In this document: positions 60,763-64,000 of the stretch, piece by piece | How the letters are laid out: each line of letters starts with the position of its first letter | Position numbering within the stretch: the stretch's first letter is position 1 | NCBI GenBank assembly: GCA_964607225.1 | Contig: CAZSIU010000001.1 | Coordinates: forward strand, 18-64,017 | Source: an uncultured Methanosarcinales archaeon | GTDB taxonomy: Archaea > Nanobdellota > Nanobdellia > Woesearchaeales > GW2011-AR4 | Length of the DNA: 64,000 nt | Direction: 5' to 3' | Position numbers and translations under genes: made by a program | Notes under the pieces: model-generated | Told to the model about the DNA's origin: nothing | Databases searched by the model: none | What the model saw: only the letters and a program-made list of their open reading frames with translations

Positions 60763-61147
60763 CGAAAGCTAACGCTAAATCAAAGGGAGAGTGAGCGTGC
60801 CAAATTCCGTTGCATGCTCTTTTTTATTTTGAAAATGTTAGAAAAAAGTTACGAATTAAGCAAGGCAATTCCTCTACAGGCTAAAGCATGTACGAGTATC
60901 CTTGCCTAAGACAAATGAAAAAAGGAATTTTAAAAAATCCCAATAACATTTATCAACAGAACAAAAGGCAAATCAAAGCTTGGCATTCCACAATTGGCAG
61001 CAGGCTATTTCATGATTTTAAAAATAAAAACATTGTCAATGTTGGATAAATTATGATGAATTTTGTTTTAATTATGAAAATTTACCTTAAATTTATAAAT
61101 AAGTAGATATTGCACGAAAAGCAACTAAAATAGGTTATAATATCAAA

Positions 61148-62185
61148 ATGAAGATAGTTGTGACAGGAGGAGCAGGCTTTATAGGCTCTCATATTGCCGA
61201 GCATTATGCAAAGAAAGGAAATGAGGTAGTTGTCATAGACAACCTTTCAAGGAACAGGCTTCTGAATAAAAAGAGCAATGACTTTCTGTATAATTGGAAT
61301 TATTTAGGCAAATTCAAAAATATAAGACTTGTAAGAGCTGATGTAAATAATACAAAGATCTTGTTTAATGAAACAAATGGCGCAGACGCTATAATACATG
61401 CTGCCGCCCAGACTGCTGTCACAACATCATTAGCAAACCCAAGGGAGGACTTCGTCAACAATACCTTTACAACCTTTAACGCCCTTGAAGCTGCCAGAAA
61501 AAATGACGTCAAATTTTTTATATACTGCTCAACCAACAAGGTATATGGAGAGAATGTTAACAGGATTGGAATAAAAGAGCTTAAAAAAAGGTATGCTTTC
61601 ACGGGAAAATACGCAAAAGGCGTTGATGAAATGCTTTCTGTTGATTTGTGCGAGCATTCTCCTTATGGATGCTCAAAACTAGCGTCTGACATCTATGCTC
61701 AAGATTATGGAGGTATATACGGCATAAAAACAGGTGTGTTTAGGATGTCATGCATTTACGGCACAAGGCAGTTTGGCGTGGAGGACCAAGGCTGGGTTGC
61801 ATGGTTTACAATTGCGACACTATTAAACAAGCCCATTACAATTTATGGAGATGGAAAGCAAGTAAGAGACATATTATTCATCACAGATGTTATTTCAGCC
61901 TATGATGCTTTTATGAAAAAATCGCCGTCACATGGGGTTTTCAACCTCGGCGGCGGACCAAAATTCAGCATATCACTACTCGAGCTTCTTGATATGCTTA
62001 AAAAATTCATGGGGAAAAGCAGCAAAATAAAATTTGATAAATGGAGAACTTCTGACCAGAAAGTTTATATTTCAGACATCTCAAAGGCTAAAAAATTATT
62101 GAACTGGACACCAAAAATAAGCCCAAAAGAAGGATTAAAGATTCTTGTGAATTGGGCTAAAGATAATATAAAGCTTTTTGGCTAG
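61148..62185 (+). CDS. CDP-tyvelose/paratose 2-epimerase-like extended SDR
   Basis: MKIVVTGGAGFIGSH...NLSR... and ...HSPYGCSKLASD...DQGWVAWF...GDGKQVRD... recall the Tyv family. Confidence 0.7.
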   Translation: MKIVVTGGAGFIGSHIAEHYAKKGNEVVVIDNLSRNRLLNKKSNDFLYNWNYLGKFKNIRLVRADVNNTKILFNETNGADAIIHAAAQTAVTTSLANPREDFVNNTFTTFNALEAARKNDVKFFIYCSTNKVYGENVNRIGIKELKKRYAFTGKYAKGVDEMLSVDLCEHSPYGCSKLASDIYAQDYGGIYGIKTGVFRMSCIYGTRQFGVEDQGWVAWFTIATLLNKPITIYGDGKQVRDILFITDVISAYDAFMKKSPSHGVFNLGGGPKFSISLLELLDMLKKFMGKSSKIKFDKWRTSDQKVYISDISKAKKLLNWTPKISPKEGLKILVNWAKDNIKLFG

Positions 62186-62193
62186 GTGACACT

Positions 62194-62892
62194 ATGTATT
62201 CTTTAGTCATACCTGCTCACAATGAAGCCAAAAATCTTCCAAAGCTGCTTGAAAAAGCTTATTCTGTGTTAAAAAAAACAAAAGAAAAATTTGAAATTAT
62301 TGTGGTTAATGACAACAGCACAGACAACTCTGATGAAGTTCTTAAAAAATTGAATAAAAAAATAAAAGAATTAAGAATTGTCACTAGAACAAAAAATCCC
62401 GGGGCAGGCTATGCAATAAGGGAAGGGCTAAGCAAGATAAGAGGAGATATAATAATAACAATGGATGCTGACTTGTCGCATGATCCTGCTGAAATAGCAG
62501 ACTTTTTGAAGCTTTTGAAGAGCTATGACATGGTGTGCGGCTCGAGGTACGTAAAAGGCGGAAAAGCTGAAATGACTTACAGCAGGATTTTAGTTAGCAC
62601 CTTATTCAACATGATATTCAGGAAACTAGTAGGCATTCCTGTTAAGGATTTCACATCAGGTTTTAGGGCTTATAAAGCCAAGATTATAGATAAAATCGAG
62701 CTGAAAAGCAAGAAATTCGGCATTTTCATAGAGATCCCGTTAAAGGCGCATCTTGCCGGGTTTAAATTGACAGAGATTCCTATAAGGTATCATGAAAGAG
62801 GTTTCGGAAAATCAAACCTCAATTACTTCAAGCAGGGTCCTGAATACCTTAAAGTAGCCATTGAAGCTTTGAAGATTAAGATTGCCAAGTAA
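62194..62892 (+). CDS. GT2 polyprenol-phosphate glycosyltransferase (DPM1-like)
   Basis: It has YSLVIPAHNEAKNL, VVNDNSTDNS and DADLSHDP. Confidence 0.8.
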   Translation: MYSLVIPAHNEAKNLPKLLEKAYSVLKKTKEKFEIIVVNDNSTDNSDEVLKKLNKKIKELRIVTRTKNPGAGYAIREGLSKIRGDIIITMDADLSHDPAEIADFLKLLKSYDMVCGSRYVKGGKAEMTYSRILVSTLFNMIFRKLVGIPVKDFTSGFRAYKAKIIDKIELKSKKFGIFIEIPLKAHLAGFKLTEIPIRYHERGFGKSNLNYFKQGPEYLKVAIEALKIKIAK

Positions 62893-62928
62893 TTATGCTT
62901 CTTTGACACAGATTGGGAATTTCTAGAA

Positions 62929-64000
62929 TTAATACAACGCATTTGCAACTGTGGTTCCGAGCTTTATATCTATTGGAAATTGGTACAGGTTGTACTTAAA
63001 CCTAACTTTTGCGATTGGCTGGTACATATTGAAAAGCAATTTCAAGTAGGTTCTTGATATTTTGTACTTTATGTTTTTATTTGCAAAATTTGATGTGAAT
63101 GCCAGGTTCTTTATCATCTTTATCCTTCTCTCGTCCAGCCATTTGTAATTCAAATAAGCGTTATTGTAATCAAAAGTCTCCCAGTCCTCCAGCTTTTTTG
63201 GTTCGTAAACGCCATATTGCTTTGCTATTTCCCACAATTCAACACCAGGATATGCAGTGTAAATAAAAAATGGAGTGTATGCATTTTTGTTGTCTTTTAC
63301 CAATTGCAATGCCAGCTTTACAGACTGCATTAACTCTTCCTCTGTTTCGGAAGGATAACCCACTATGAATGTGTACTTTGCTTTAAATGAGTACTTTCCC
63401 ATTTTTTTATTAATGTCAATAATCTCCTGGACAGTTATGCCCTTTTTTATCATCTTTAATATACGGTCGCTTCCAGACTCGATTCCTGAATCCGTATTTA
63501 CACAGCCTGCTTTTGCCATGTCCCTTAAGAAATTGTCGTCCAGGACTTTCAACGCGTCTAGCCTTATGCCATTTAAGCCCCATTTAATATCGAGGTTTTC
63601 ATTTAGAATAGCGTAAACAATGTCCTTGAATCTTTTTAAATTAGTTGCAAAATTGTCGTCTTCGAAGAATATGGTCCTAACGCCAAATTTATCCACCACA
63701 TTTTTAATAATCTCGATAGTTCTTTTTACAGAATAGCCTCTCCAGGTATTGCCGTACATTTTTGTATCATAGCAGAAATTGCATTTGAAAGGGCAGCCCC
63801 TGCTTGTATTTAATGTTATCGAGCCATGCCCGTTTTCCAAGTCAAACCCGTAATATTTCTTAACGTCTATTAACTCGTACGGCAAATCAGGCAAAGAATC
63901 CAGGTCCTGTATTAATGGCCTTGGAGGATTTCTATGAATTTTTCCAGATTCATCTTTGTAAGCTATTCCAAGCACGTCTTTAAGTGGCTTATTTAACTCT
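62929..64000 (-). CDS. B12-binding radical SAM enzyme (partial; N-terminus beyond the window)
   Basis: It has TLNTSRGCPFKCNFCYD. The frame stays open through position 64000, so the B12-binding N-domain lies off-window. Confidence 0.75.
   Translation of the reverse strand, partial: ELNKPLKDVLGIAYKDESGKIHRNPPRPLIQDLDSLPDLPYELIDVKKYYGFDLENGHGSITLNTSRGCPFKCNFCYDTKMYGNTWRGYSVKRTIEIIKNVVDKFGVRTIFFEDDNFATNLKRFKDIVYAILNENLDIKWGLNGIRLDALKVLDDNFLRDMAKAGCVNTDSGIESGSDRILKMIKKGITVQEIIDINKKMGKYSFKAKYTFIVGYPSETEEELMQSVKLALQLVKDNKNAYTPFFIYTAYPGVELWEIAKQYGVYEPKKLEDWETFDYNNAYLNYKWLDERRIKMIKNLAFTSNFANKNIKYKISRTYLKLLFNMYQPIAKVRFKYNLYQFPIDIKLGTTVANALY

Overview
This window reads as a single large glycan-biosynthesis island from an AT-rich organism (about 30% GC), and most likely from an archaeon. 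The archaeal call rests on TATA-like 'ttttaaata' boxes sitting 21-24 nt upstream of several start codons, with no Shine-Dalgarno sequence between them, and on start codons that overlap the previous gene's stop (ATGA). The methylphosphonate-synthase content resembles what has been described for Nitrosopumilus-type thaumarchaea.

I can support about 60 genes, packed head to tail. They fall into five groups:
- Nucleotide-sugar pathways. A GDP-fucose pair (gmd-fcl). A split set of homologues of the Wbp enzymes that build UDP-2,3-diacetamido-2,3-dideoxy-mannuronic acid (UDP-ManNAc3NAcA): a 6-dehydrogenase and 2-epimerase at 2-5 kb, and a WbpB-like oxidoreductase, WbpD-like acetyltransferase and WbpE-like aminotransferase at 47-49.6 kb. 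An RmlA/RmlB-like pair. A CDP-tyvelose-epimerase-like gene. A formyltransferase. Several NAD-dependent epimerases.
- Glycosyltransferases and membrane machinery. Many glycosyltransferases of families 2 and 4 (GT2, GT4). Two pairs of paralogous GT-C-like membrane proteins. Two Wzx-like flippases.
- Methyltransferases. Seven class-I SAM-dependent enzymes, one of which is fused to a GT2 domain.
- Radical SAM enzymes. Three B12-binding radical SAM enzymes and one SPASM-type radical SAM enzyme.
- A complete phosphonate module at 26.8-41.7 kb. It encodes a cytidylyltransferase-PEP mutase fusion with an exact EDKxxxxxNS motif, a phosphonopyruvate decarboxylase, and an Fe-alcohol dehydrogenase. It also encodes a bi-cupin 2-hydroxyethylphosphonate dioxygenase whose H-x3-Q...F...I...H pattern matches what I recall for methylphosphonate synthase (MPnS) rather than HEPD.

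The phosphonate module is flanked by candidate activation and transfer genes:
- two LicC-like nucleotidyltransferases;
- two cytoplasmic alkaline-phosphatase-superfamily enzymes that lack the sulfatase Cys/Ser-x-P-x-R motif;
- a CDP-alcohol phosphotransferase;
- an unclassifiable 287-aa protein;
- a LicA/MtnK-like kinase;
- a HAD hydrolase.

This looks like a methylphosphonate or 2-HEP glycan- or lipid-decoration system. Its attachment chemistry is, to my knowledge, uncharacterised.

Other points of interest:
- A chimeric ppd'-'adh pseudogene relic. It was created by deletion at an 8-bp microhomology, and one patch of it is 100% identical to the live adh.
- A decayed GT4 paralogue.
- A truncated IS200/IS605 tnpA sitting in a GC-richer patch.
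- A roughly 850-bp frame-broken region beside the phosphonate core.
- Repeated evidence that genes in this locus evolve by duplication, fusion and decay.
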